Source: Candidatus Parcubacteria bacterium
GTDB lineage: Bacteria > Patescibacteriota > Minisyncoccia > Phycocordibacterales > Phycocordibacteraceae
Direction of reading: 5' to 3'
NCBI GenBank assembly: GCA_034666125.1
Contig: JAXDML010000010.1
Location: 150,037 to 214,036, forward strand
DNA length: 64,000 bases
Shown piece after piece: positions 54,149 to 63,194 of the stretch; within the stretch, counting starts at the first letter, position 1, and every line of letters starts with the position of its first letter. Below the pieces are notes generated by a model, which was given only the letters and a program-made list of their open reading frames with translations, searched no databases and was not told where the DNA came from. The position numbers and the translations under genes are program-made.

Positions 54149-54922
54149 ATGAAATGTGTATATTGGATCGTTCCGATGGTCGCGGTCGTTGCACTCGTTC
54201 TCTATATTTACTCGGTAAGAGAAAATCATATGAATACGTCGAAACTGGCAGAGAGCGATAAGGACTTCCCTGTTCAGATCGTCCCGATAGAACATGCGAC
54301 CGCCGTACTGCGCTGGGGTGATACGGTCATCTACACGGATCCGACCGGAGGCGCGGAAGCCTTCGCCGGGCAGCCGCAGGCCGGCATGGTCCTCGTGACC
54401 GACATCCATGGTGATCATCTCGATGCCGATACCCTGGGTGCAGTCATCGGGGACGCCGTGCTTGTCGTCCCGCAGGCGGTTAAGGAACAATTGCCCGAGA
54501 CGTTCGCTTCGCGCGCGCGGGTGCTGCGGAACGGAGAGTCACTTTCAGAAGCAGGCCTTACCGTTACGGCGGTTCCCATGTACAACCTCCCCGAATCCCC
54601 CGACGCCTTCCATACGAAAGGCCGCGGGAACGGATACGTTCTCGAGCGCGACGGCATCCGCGTCTATGTTGCCGGCGATACTGCGGGCATCCCGGAGATG
54701 CGCGCGCTTGAGGATATCGACATCGCGCTTGTGCCCATGAACCTCCCGTACACCATGGACGTCAAAGAAGCGGCCGATGCCGTACTCGCCTTCGCGCCGC
54801 GTACCGTCTATCCGTACCACTACCGCGGCAAGGACGGCTTAAGTGATATAAACCGCTTCAAGGAGCTCGTGAACGCCGGAAACCCGGACATACACGTCGT
54901 GTTTGCGGAGTGGTATCCGTAA
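54149..54922 (+). CDS. MBL-fold metallo-hydrolase (UPF0173-like) with N-terminal signal anchor
   Basis: Start MKCVYWIVPMVAVVALVLYIY. HxHxDH-like VTDIHGDHLD and downstream His/Asp ligands. Confidence 0.7.
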   Translation: MKCVYWIVPMVAVVALVLYIYSVRENHMNTSKLAESDKDFPVQIVPIEHATAVLRWGDTVIYTDPTGGAEAFAGQPQAGMVLVTDIHGDHLDADTLGAVIGDAVLVVPQAVKEQLPETFASRARVLRNGESLSEAGLTVTAVPMYNLPESPDAFHTKGRGNGYVLERDGIRVYVAGDTAGIPEMRALEDIDIALVPMNLPYTMDVKEAADAVLAFAPRTVYPYHYRGKDGLSDINRFKELVNAGNPDIHVVFAEWYP

Positions 54923-54991
54923 ATAGATCGGAAGACACTCTTTATTAATATAAAAAGTTGCCGCCCTGACCGGGGCGGCGCGGTGTGCAGG

Positions 54992-55489
54992 TCATTGTTC
55001 GGGGAACACGACCTGCACAAGATATTCTGAACGATGCACTTCGCGTCTGGCGCGGTCAAGATCGGCACGGGCCGTCTCGATCTCGTTTTCACCAAACGGA
55101 AGCGGGCAGCGGTTGCGAATGCGCAGGACGGCCCCGGTCGCCGGGTCCATCACGATATTCGCATCGCAATCCTCGCGCTCGCGGGAGAACATGATGCCCT
55201 CGAGCTGCCAGGCGCCCGCACGATAGGAATAGGATCCGACGACCCTTCCGTCCGTCCGCACCAGATGCACGGCGGTACCCGGAGCATCGTTGTCGGGCGT
55301 GAAGAAGTCCTCGATCAGGACGCGGTAGCCGCTCATTCGCCCTTCGTAGCTCGAATTCCCGCCAAGGATCGGGACTTGCCCCGCCTCCTGGTACGCGGCG
55401 ACCACGGGTGCCGCCGCCGTCAGCAAGTAGATGAGCGGAAGGGTCGGAATGATTCGCAGCCCCATTTTCTGATATTTCCCCTGACGCAT
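54992..55489 (-). CDS. Secreted hypothetical protein
   Basis: Signal peptide MGLRIIPTLPLIYLLTAAAPVVAA. Confidence 0.4.
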   Translation of the reverse strand: MRQGKYQKMGLRIIPTLPLIYLLTAAAPVVAAYQEAGQVPILGGNSSYEGRMSGYRVLIEDFFTPDNDAPGTAVHLVRTDGRVVGSYSYRAGAWQLEGIMFSREREDCDANIVMDPATGAVLRIRNRCPLPFGENEIETARADLDRARREVHRSEYLVQVVFPEQ

Positions 55490-55576
55490 CTCACTCTCCC
55501 CTTTTCTCCTCTGCCGGCCAAACGCCAGCAGGGCTGTCCTATACCGTAGTACTTCGCAATAGCGGAGTCAATAACC

Positions 55577-55909
55577 CTAGGATCGGGCGTCGATAGGGGG
55601 CAGGGATGCGGTCTGCGCCTCATAGTGCGCGACCGTATCCTCGTTCCATTTGCGAAGCGTGTCGGCCTCGTCGCGGAGGCCCTGGTTCTCCTTCCGGAGA
55701 CGCCGTACGAAAAGGCTCTTATGAATGAGGCTCGGGATGGCCGCGAGGATGCCCAGGAGGGCGCCGACCGCCGCCGTAAGGATGATGACCAGGGCGAGCG
55801 GGCTTGCGAACTGCCATGAGAAGAAGCTGAGGGAAACGACCTCGGTATTCTGGAGCGCGAAGATGATGGTCGCCGCGCCGAGAACGAAGCCTAGAAGAAG
55901 AGGGAGCAT
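55577..55909 (-). CDS. Small inner-membrane protein (LapA/DUF1049-like)
   Basis: Two TM helices then a charged coiled C-terminus. Confidence 0.4.
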   Translation of the reverse strand: MLPLLLGFVLGAATIIFALQNTEVVSLSFFSWQFASPLALVIILTAAVGALLGILAAIPSLIHKSLFVRRLRKENQGLRDEADTLRKWNEDTVAHYEAQTASLPPIDARS

Positions 55910-55994
55910 AAGGTCATTGGTTAGGTGTGTACCTATAGTATCACCGATGATTCATGCGGGTTAGATGAAGCGACCTCTACACGTGCGATGGTCC

Positions 55995-57065
55995 TTAATA
56001 CCCGATCGCCCAGGTGGTACCGCGGAGCGGGAATGCGCCCTTCTCGGTGCCGTTGCCTTCGACTCCGGTGACGTCGAGCATGAGATTCGTGCCGACGATA
56101 GCATTCGTGCCAAGCATTGCTTTTATGGTAAAGAGCTTCATCGCGCCCGGTTCGATCTTCGCGTCGGTGGGCGCGAACGCGCTCCCGCTCGTGAAGGGAT
56201 TCATGGCCGAGGCGCCGCGCGACCCGCCCTTATCATCGCTCGTCGATAGACTCGTGATAACGTTTCCGGAAGCCGTACCGTTCTGCTTCACCGTGAAGCC
56301 GGTCACCTGCACGGCTTCGGTCCCGGTGTTACGGAGCTGGAGGTACGCTACGGGCACCGTCGCGCCCGCGCGCGTCGTGCCCCCCGCAAGGAGTGGGATG
56401 GTCGTGACGGAGAGGACGCCCTTCGAGCTGCCGCCTCCGGAGACCGTGTTCTTGTCGCCTATGGTGAGCGTTGCCGTAGCGATCCCGTTCAGGTCGTAGC
56501 TCTTATCTCCGGTGAGGCGTACCTCGTACTCGCCTTTCTTGAGCGCCTTCGTCACCTTCGCCTCCCACTCCCCGCGCTTCACGGAAATGTTTTTCTTCTC
56601 GAAAACCTTCTTGTTCTTCTGGTAGATAGCGACATTCACTTTCTTGGTCCCGGATACCTCCCCGGAAAGGGCCGGCTTGGTGCCCGAAGTGACGTCGTCT
56701 ACGCTTCCGTCGATGACATTCGCCGTCACTTCGCAGGCGGCTTTTTTGCTGCCGTTCTTGAATTCGAACTCATAGGTCGTGGTCCTTTTCGGAGTGAACG
56801 TCTCGCTGTCCGATTCGGCTACCTCTTCCCCGTCGAGCTCGGCTTCCTGAGCGTTCTTGCTGTCCCACTCGATCTTGAGCGTTCCGCCCTCGCGGATAAT
56901 GACGTCGCCCTCTTTCGTTATCTCGGCTTCCCCTGCTGCGGTCGTTACGGTCAGGGTACAGCTCGGTTTCTTGGTCGCGGCTTCGGCCGTTGTCGGCATA
57001 AAGGCAATGAGAAGGAACGTCGCTCCGGTGAGGAGCGCATAGCGGGTCTTGTGTAGTGATGTCAT
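55995..57065 (-). CDS. Secreted beta-rich protein (Ig-like/repetitive)
   Basis: Signal peptide ..ATFLLIAFMPTTAEA; Thr/Gly/Val-rich repeats. Confidence 0.5.
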   Translation of the reverse strand: MTSLHKTRYALLTGATFLLIAFMPTTAEAATKKPSCTLTVTTAAGEAEITKEGDVIIREGGTLKIEWDSKNAQEAELDGEEVAESDSETFTPKRTTTYEFEFKNGSKKAACEVTANVIDGSVDDVTSGTKPALSGEVSGTKKVNVAIYQKNKKVFEKKNISVKRGEWEAKVTKALKKGEYEVRLTGDKSYDLNGIATATLTIGDKNTVSGGGSSKGVLSVTTIPLLAGGTTRAGATVPVAYLQLRNTGTEAVQVTGFTVKQNGTASGNVITSLSTSDDKGGSRGASAMNPFTSGSAFAPTDAKIEPGAMKLFTIKAMLGTNAIVGTNLMLDVTGVEGNGTEKGAFPLRGTTWAIGY

Positions 57066-57136
57066 GTCTTAAGTATACGTGCGCCGGAGCCAAAGGAAAG
57101 CTGAGCCGTAGATCATAAAAGCACCCCGCAAGATTG

Positions 57137-57172
57137 CGGGGTGCTTTTATCGAACGCAACGCCTCGTGGGTT
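57137..57172. terminator. Strong bidirectional rho-independent terminator
   Basis: AAAAGCACCCCGC-aagatt-GCGGGGTGCTTTTAT. Confidence 0.8.
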
Positions 57173-57407
57173 ATGCGCCCGGAACGTCGTCACCGACGAG
57201 GTCCTCGTCATCGGAGCTGTCGAGCAGCAGCACGCCACTGTGCATGTGAATGCCGGGTGCCGTGCTAAGGGCCGCATTCGGGTTTGCGGCCTCAACGGAG
57301 CGCACGTCGCCGTCCTGGTTTACGTAGGCGAACATGGCCGCGCCTGCTCCAGCAGGACCCGCAACGAGTGCCGCCAGGGCGAGCGTTCCAAGAAGATACT
57401 TTTTCAT
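57171..57407 (-). CDS. Small secreted acidic protein
   Basis: Signal peptide MKKYLLGTLALAALVAGPAGAGAA. Confidence 0.35.
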   Translation of the reverse strand: MKKYLLGTLALAALVAGPAGAGAAMFAYVNQDGDVRSVEAANPNAALSTAPGIHMHSGVLLLDSSDDEDLVGDDVPGA

Positions 57408-57535
57408 AGTCGATCGTAGGTTAGTTCTTAGGATGCCAGCGGCTATCCTTAAATAGAAGTTAAGCGCAAGCGTGATGAATCTTTCATGAACGGCTGAGCT
57501 TGCCTCATCTATAAGCTTACCACCCTTACCCTCTT

Positions 57536-58756
57536 TTATTTCTCTTCCCTGGGAGTAAAAAGGGACAGCATTTCCTCGTATGTCTGGCGTTTTTTAGTAA
57601 GTGTCGCCTTATTACCGGTAATTAGGACCTCTGCCGCGAATCCGTTGAGGTTGTAATTTGAACTCAGCACGCTCGCATGCCCTCCGGAGACGAGAATGGC
57701 GACAAGGTCGCCCTCCCGGGGGTCGGCTAGCTCGATATCCCGGTTGAATACGTCCGCAGATTCGCAAAGATACCCGACGACGGCGACTTTCCGCATTGCG
57801 CCGCCAGGTCTTGAAACGTTGACTATGTGATGATACGCCCCGTACATCGCCGGGCGGATGAGATGGTTGAAACCGGTGTCGAGCCCGACGAACGTCGTAC
57901 CGTCCTTCTCTTTTATCGTCGTTACGCGTGCAAGCAGGACGGTGGTCGTGGAAACCAGGAACTTCCCCGGTTCAAGGTAGAGTTGGATATCCCTCTTGGT
58001 CGACGCGGCGAACGTAGTGAATATCCCACCGATCTCTCGCGCGAATCCGCCGATGTCCACCTCTTCTTCGCCCGGAAGGTACCGCACTCCGTATCCTCCG
58101 CCCACATCCACGAATGTCACTTCCGGCAGGGTCATGGCGACCTCGCACAGTTTTGTTACCGCCTTCCTGAAAGCCGAGGGCTCGTAGAATCCGGAGCCAA
58201 TGTGACCGTGGATACCTACGATCGAGACCCCGGCAACCTTGCAGATAGCCTGCGCTTCTTTCATATCGGTAAGGGAGATGCCGAACTTGCTCCCGATGCC
58301 TCCCGTGAGGTTCGCTTCGAACTCCCCCGCCGCGACTTCGGGGCAGATGCGCACAGAGATCTGCCCGCCAGGAAATATCCCGCAGAAGCGAGAGATTTCC
58401 GAGAGTGAGCCGAGATTCTGAAGCACCCCCTGTTCGCCCACCTCCCTGATCGCGTCCGTAGACGGGTTGCTCGGAGTGAAGATGACCTGTTCGGGCCGAT
58501 ATCCAAGTTCAAGCGCCAGACGGACCTCGTTCGAGGAAACCGCATCGATGCCGTATATCCCCGCATCCTTGATGAGTCGTACGATGTGCGGATTCGAGTT
58601 CGTCTTTATCGCGTAAAAGATCTTAGCGGGAAGGTCCTTGAACGCATCGAGCATCTTACGAGCCTGCTCGGTAACTGCCGCTGCGTCGGTCACGAATGTC
58701 GGCGTCCCGTATTCCTCCGCAATGGATTCGGCCTGCTCCTTCGTAGGGATGAACAT
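57536..58756 (-). CDS. lysA: Diaminopimelate decarboxylase (PLP fold-III decarboxylase)
   Basis: Start MFIPTKEQAE..; PLP-Lys FYAIKTN, EPGKFLV, CESAD motifs. The long Arg/Ser-rich N-terminal extension of the ORF is rejected. Confidence 0.85.
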   Translation of the reverse strand: MFIPTKEQAESIAEEYGTPTFVTDAAAVTEQARKMLDAFKDLPAKIFYAIKTNSNPHIVRLIKDAGIYGIDAVSSNEVRLALELGYRPEQVIFTPSNPSTDAIREVGEQGVLQNLGSLSEISRFCGIFPGGQISVRICPEVAAGEFEANLTGGIGSKFGISLTDMKEAQAICKVAGVSIVGIHGHIGSGFYEPSAFRKAVTKLCEVAMTLPEVTFVDVGGGYGVRYLPGEEEVDIGGFAREIGGIFTTFAASTKRDIQLYLEPGKFLVSTTTVLLARVTTIKEKDGTTFVGLDTGFNHLIRPAMYGAYHHIVNVSRPGGAMRKVAVVGYLCESADVFNRDIELADPREGDLVAILVSGGHASVLSSNYNLNGFAAEVLITGNKATLTKKRQTYEEMLSLFTPREEK

Positions 58757-58757
58757 G

Positions 58758-59012
58758 CTACGACTCCGACATCTGATCGAGATGCCGCGTGAAGTGCTTC
58801 TTGATGGTGGCGTCGAGCGCGCGGCTGAAGTCGATGGCATGCTTGGGCGAGAGCACGATCTCGCCGATGAGCTGTCCCGTGGGCGCCTCCGGCCGTACAT
58901 ACGCGAACTGAATGACGACCGAATCGTCAGAGACCGTGACCTGAGTCGCATTGCTGAAAGTCGGCTTCGCCGCCTGCGGGATGGTGATGGCTATCTGCTT
59001 GCGTTCGGCCAT
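58758..59012 (-). CDS. Hypothetical protein, translationally coupled upstream of lysA
   Basis: 84 aa. Its stop lies 1 nt from the lysA start. Confidence 0.35.
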   Translation of the reverse strand: MAERKQIAITIPQAAKPTFSNATQVTVSDDSVVIQFAYVRPEAPTGQLIGEIVLSPKHAIDFSRALDATIKKHFTRHLDQMSES

Positions 59013-59015
59013 ACG

Positions 59016-59228
59016 TTAGCCGGGAATAAGCCCTGTTATGAGATCCACGACCCCCATGACCACGCCGCTTACGAGGTCCCAGATGGTGTTCCATCCCTGT
59101 TCGACAAGGCCGAGCACGAAGCCCATGTTGGTCTGCGTCGTCGGATTTTCTATGAGCCCTTGGACGGAAATGCCGAAGAACGACAGGAAGAGGACGGCGA
59201 CCACGACCCAGAAGATGATGCGAAGCAT
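59016..59228 (-). CDS. Small membrane protein (2 TM)
   Basis: 70 aa, hydrophobic. Confidence 0.35.
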   Translation of the reverse strand: MLRIIFWVVVAVLFLSFFGISVQGLIENPTTQTNMGFVLGLVEQGWNTIWDLVSGVVMGVVDLITGLIPG

Positions 59229-59253
59229 ATGCCTAGAGTATATACTGCCCGCG

Positions 59254-59907
59254 ATGAGGCGGAAACCGCAGGAACAGGACGAGGCCTTCGCCGCCTATGA
59301 ACGGGAGGCGTATACGCATCTGAAGAAGGCCGACCCGGTGCTCCACCAGGCTGCCCTTCCCTTCCGGGGGAAGTTCGCCATGCGCCCGGACCCGAAGTCC
59401 CGCAACGATCAGCTTTTCGCCGCGCTTGCGGCGAGCGTCGTCGGGCAGCAGCTTTCCATGCGCGCGGCCGACACTATCTGGGTACGCGTAAAGGCCACCT
59501 GCGACGGCTCCGTGACTGCGCATACCATCGCAGCCGCCTCCGTTGCGCGCCTGCGCAAGGCCGGACTCTCGGCTGCGAAGGTGAAGACCCTGAAGGAACT
59601 CTCGAAAGCCGTACTCAAAGACGGCCTCAATCTCCTCGCGCTCCGTAAGCTCACTTACGAGGAAGCTGCCGCGCGCCTCACGAGGATCTGGGGCATCGGT
59701 CCCTGGACCGTCGAGATGTTCCTTATCTTCTCGCTCGGCGCCCGGGACATCTTCTCTCCGGGCGACCTGGCGCTCGCACGTGCTGTGGAGAAGCTCTACG
59801 GACTGCCGAAGAACGTCGCGCGCGCCGAGCTTTCTCGCATCGCCGAACGCTGGGCGCCCCATCGCTCGTTCGCCTGCCTTATCCTTTGGAAGCTGTACGA
59901 GGGGTAG
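59254..59907 (+). CDS. HhH-GPD DNA glycosylase (AlkA/3-methyladenine glycosylase II-like)
   Basis: Start MRRKPQEQ. HhH-GPD motif LTRIWGIGPWTVEMFLIFSLGARDIFSPGDLAL with catalytic Asp. Confidence 0.75.
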   Translation: MRRKPQEQDEAFAAYEREAYTHLKKADPVLHQAALPFRGKFAMRPDPKSRNDQLFAALAASVVGQQLSMRAADTIWVRVKATCDGSVTAHTIAAASVARLRKAGLSAAKVKTLKELSKAVLKDGLNLLALRKLTYEEAAARLTRIWGIGPWTVEMFLIFSLGARDIFSPGDLALARAVEKLYGLPKNVARAELSRIAERWAPHRSFACLILWKLYEG

Positions 59908-59927
59908 GAGTATACTGGAGTAACTAT

Positions 59928-60413
59928 ATGGAAGAAGGATTCAAGTCCAGGGGAGGAATACCAGACCCATCAGACAATCCCTGGTCGCCTGCCGAGAGGC
60001 GACCGGGGGAAATGACCGCCGGCGAGCTGGAATATCGACGGGACGAGTTCCTCAAAGAACCTCACTATATTCAGGATTCAAAGGGTCATCATCTAGGCCG
60101 CATAACAAACATCCTTTCTCCGGATGATGAAATAGTCAGGGTGGCGCTTGATGACGGTGAAGAGATTGAGTATGGATCCGGTGATCCGATACAGGTGCAC
60201 GCAGAGTCGACGAGAATGAATGTTGAGAACAACGAGCTTAAGGTACGAGACTGTATTATTATCGGTTCAAAGATGCTCTATATTGCCGAACTCCCCCTAC
60301 GCGTGGGCGATCCCAACGAGATCAAGGTTATCCTGAAAGACGGATCCAGTATGATTTTTTATAAGGACGATCCGGAATACAAGCGGCTGAACATCATCCG
60401 GACCGGCGCCTAG
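59928..60413 (+). CDS. Hypothetical protein
   Basis: Start MEEGFKSRGG. Lower GC than neighbours, with no motifs. Confidence 0.4.
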   Translation: MEEGFKSRGGIPDPSDNPWSPAERRPGEMTAGELEYRRDEFLKEPHYIQDSKGHHLGRITNILSPDDEIVRVALDDGEEIEYGSGDPIQVHAESTRMNVENNELKVRDCIIIGSKMLYIAELPLRVGDPNEIKVILKDGSSMIFYKDDPEYKRLNIIRTGA

Positions 60414-61768
60414 AGATACGACATCGGATTGAGGTACGCCTCCTTCGGGGCGACCGGCATACGCGCGTTGGCGCAGGGCGTGGTAGCTCCGCGGAACTGC
60501 CCGAGGGTCATGATCTGGACACCTTGCGAGGCATAGGTGGCGAAGTGGAGGTGGGGTCCCGTCGCGTACCCGGTCATGCCGGAGTAGCCGAGCACCGCGC
60601 CGGTCGCCACCGCCTGTCCCGGCGAGACGCTGATGCTTGAGAGGTGGGCGTAGAGGGTGGTGATGCCGTTCGCGTGCTTCACGAGCACCCACTTGCCGAA
60701 GGAGTAGCAGCCGGGGATGGCATCGGTGTTCCCCGTTCCCATGACCGAGCCCCCGAGCGCGGCGAGCACGCTCGTACCGCTCGGCATGCCGATATCGATG
60801 CCGTTATGCCCGCTGCCGTTGTATACCTGCGGGTTGGCGGTCGAGAACGGCGTCGTGCCGAAGTACTGAGTGATGCAGAAGCGGTTGGCAAGGGCTCCCG
60901 CCTTCGAGATGCAGCTGTCCGCGAACGCGCTGGTGTACGGCCAGGCGAGGACGCCCGTACCCACGCTCGGGATGCTCGACGGGCTGACCGTGACGTTCAG
61001 GCTGTCTTCGAGCGCCGACAGCGCGCTCTCGAAGGCCTTCTGCTGCGCGCGCTTCTGCTCGATGATGGACTGGTACGTGGTCGCGGTCTGGTTCGCCTGG
61101 TTGAGGAGCCGCTGCTTCTCGGCCTTGTTCGCGTCGAGCTCGCCCTGCTGCGTGACGAGCTGGCGGCGGAGCTGTCCCAGCTCCGCCTTCGTCGCCTCGA
61201 CGGCGGTGTGTTGGTCGGTGAGCACGATGCGATCATTGGCGAGCCCATCTGCGTTCTCCTTGAGCGCGCCGTTGACCTCGCTCAATTGGTCGACGCTCGT
61301 CCATCCGTCCGTTAGGGTGTCGGCCGCGAAGATCCGTTCGATAAGGCTCGCGTCCTCCTCGTGCTGGAGCCGGCGCATCGCCTGCGCGACGGCCTTCAGG
61401 TCGAGCGCGATGGCCTCCGACTTATCGGTGATCTTGAGCGCGAGCTGGTCGAGCTTCAGGTTCGTAGCCGTGATCTTCGCCTGCGTCACGGATACCTGCG
61501 CGAGGATCTTCTGGCGCGAGATGTCGATGGACTTGATCGCGGACTCGTACGTCTGCTTCTGTCCGCTGATGACGTTCAGTTCCTTTTGATAGATGGCGAT
61601 CTCAGCCTCGAGCTCGGCGATCGCCTGATTGTGCTGATCTATCTGCGACTTGATCTCCGCTATGGACTGCGCGTGAAGCGCATGCGGGTACAGGTTCGCG
61701 AGCAGCGCGGAAATCCCCAGAAGGACCGCGAATATGAGGAAAAGTGACGTGAAGGAACGCAAACTCAT
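60410..61768 (-). CDS. M23 family peptidase with N-terminal coiled-coil (EnvC-like murein hydrolase activator/LytM)
   Basis: Signal anchor, ~250 aa of coiled-coil, then a LytM domain with HxxxD (HNGIDI) and HxH (HLHF). Confidence 0.8.
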   Translation of the reverse strand: MSLRSFTSLFLIFAVLLGISALLANLYPHALHAQSIAEIKSQIDQHNQAIAELEAEIAIYQKELNVISGQKQTYESAIKSIDISRQKILAQVSVTQAKITATNLKLDQLALKITDKSEAIALDLKAVAQAMRRLQHEEDASLIERIFAADTLTDGWTSVDQLSEVNGALKENADGLANDRIVLTDQHTAVEATKAELGQLRRQLVTQQGELDANKAEKQRLLNQANQTATTYQSIIEQKRAQQKAFESALSALEDSLNVTVSPSSIPSVGTGVLAWPYTSAFADSCISKAGALANRFCITQYFGTTPFSTANPQVYNGSGHNGIDIGMPSGTSVLAALGGSVMGTGNTDAIPGCYSFGKWVLVKHANGITTLYAHLSSISVSPGQAVATGAVLGYSGMTGYATGPHLHFATYASQGVQIMTLGQFRGATTPCANARMPVAPKEAYLNPMSYL

Positions 61769-63189
61769 ACAGTCAGTATATCAATAGACGATTGGATGCG
61801 GGACATGCTTTCAGCCTTGCCGAGAATATGGATGAGGGTGAACGGGTCGGGCGACTTCTCGCGGCCAGAGAGCGCGTAGCGGAGCGGCCAGAGGGCCGCT
61901 CCGCGTCCCCCGTCCTCCTTCGCGATACCGTCCGCATACGGCATCAAGGCGGCTTTGGCCTCCTCGGCACCGATGTCTTCATGAAGCGGCTCCAGTAGGG
62001 CTTTTAGGGCCTCTAGATGGCTCTTCGCGGCATTCTGTTCCCCTTTCGCGAGGAGCTGGGACATATCAAGCTCAGGTGTCGTAAAGATGCCCGAAAGCTC
62101 ATCCGCTAGCATCTCCCGGGCCTCCACGAGCGTGTAGGCTCGTTCGCGAATCGTGGGAACGGCGCGGCGGAGCCGCGCCGCGTCCGGCACTTTCAAATTG
62201 GCCTTCTTGACGAATTCGTCGTCAGAAAGCTTGCGCATATGCTCGCGATTCAGATAATTCAGTTTCTCTGTATCGAACTGAGCACCGCTCTTCTGTACGC
62301 GCTCGAGTGAGAACTCGGTCATCAGTTCTTGTGCCGTGAACACTTCCTCGTTCCCGCTCGGGTGCCAGCCGAGGAGCGCGAGGAAGTTGACCATCGCTTC
62401 GGGAAGATACCCGTCATCACGATAGTCGAGGAGCCCTTTCGCTCCGTCGCGCTTGGAAAGCTTTTTTGTGCCGTCCTTGCCAAGGATCGGTGGGAGCGTC
62501 GCGAATATCGGTCGCGGCTGATCGAGCGCGTCATACAGGGAGAGGAACTTCGGAGTCGACGCGACGAACTCGTGACCGCGCATGACGTGCGTGACTTCCA
62601 TCTCGATGTCGTCGACCACGTGCGCGAAGTTGTACGTCGGATACCCGTCGCCTTTTAAGAGTATGAAATCGTCGAGCGCTTCCTCCCCCGCCGAGAGCTT
62701 TCCAAGGACGACGTCGTCCCACTCGTACCGCTTGATAAGCGGCGTTTTGAAGCGCACTGGCGATAGGCCGTTCCACTCCTGAACGCGCGCGGGCCGATGT
62801 TCGCGGAACAGGAACGGCTTCTTCGCCATCTCGGCTTCCTTGCGGAAGGCCTCCATGTCCCTTTCCGTGTACGGATCCGGATAGGCGAAACCGGCCTCAA
62901 GCAGCTGCTCCACGTACTTCTTATAGATAGGAAGCCGTTCCGACTGGATGTATGGCTCGTGCGGTCCGCCGACGTCGATGCTCTCGTCCCATTTGATGCC
63001 GAGCCACTTCAAGGATTCCATCAGATTCCCTATGGCGCCTTCGACCTCCCGTTCCTTGTCCGTGTCCTCGATACGCAATATGAACGAGCCGCCGTGCTTG
63101 CGGGCATAGAGCCAGGCATAGAGCGCGGTGCGCGCTCCTCCCACGTGCATGAATCCTGTCGGACTGACGGCGAATCGTGTCCGTACCAT
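61765..63189 (-). CDS. gltX: Glutamyl-tRNA synthetase
   Basis: HIGH-type PTGFMHVGGAR and KMSKS-type KLSKRDG motifs, with the GluRS anticodon-binding C-terminus. Confidence 0.9.
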   Translation of the reverse strand: MVRTRFAVSPTGFMHVGGARTALYAWLYARKHGGSFILRIEDTDKEREVEGAIGNLMESLKWLGIKWDESIDVGGPHEPYIQSERLPIYKKYVEQLLEAGFAYPDPYTERDMEAFRKEAEMAKKPFLFREHRPARVQEWNGLSPVRFKTPLIKRYEWDDVVLGKLSAGEEALDDFILLKGDGYPTYNFAHVVDDIEMEVTHVMRGHEFVASTPKFLSLYDALDQPRPIFATLPPILGKDGTKKLSKRDGAKGLLDYRDDGYLPEAMVNFLALLGWHPSGNEEVFTAQELMTEFSLERVQKSGAQFDTEKLNYLNREHMRKLSDDEFVKKANLKVPDAARLRRAVPTIRERAYTLVEAREMLADELSGIFTTPELDMSQLLAKGEQNAAKSHLEALKALLEPLHEDIGAEEAKAALMPYADGIAKEDGGRGAALWPLRYALSGREKSPDPFTLIHILGKAESMSRIQSSIDILTV

Positions 63190-63194
63190 AGGCG

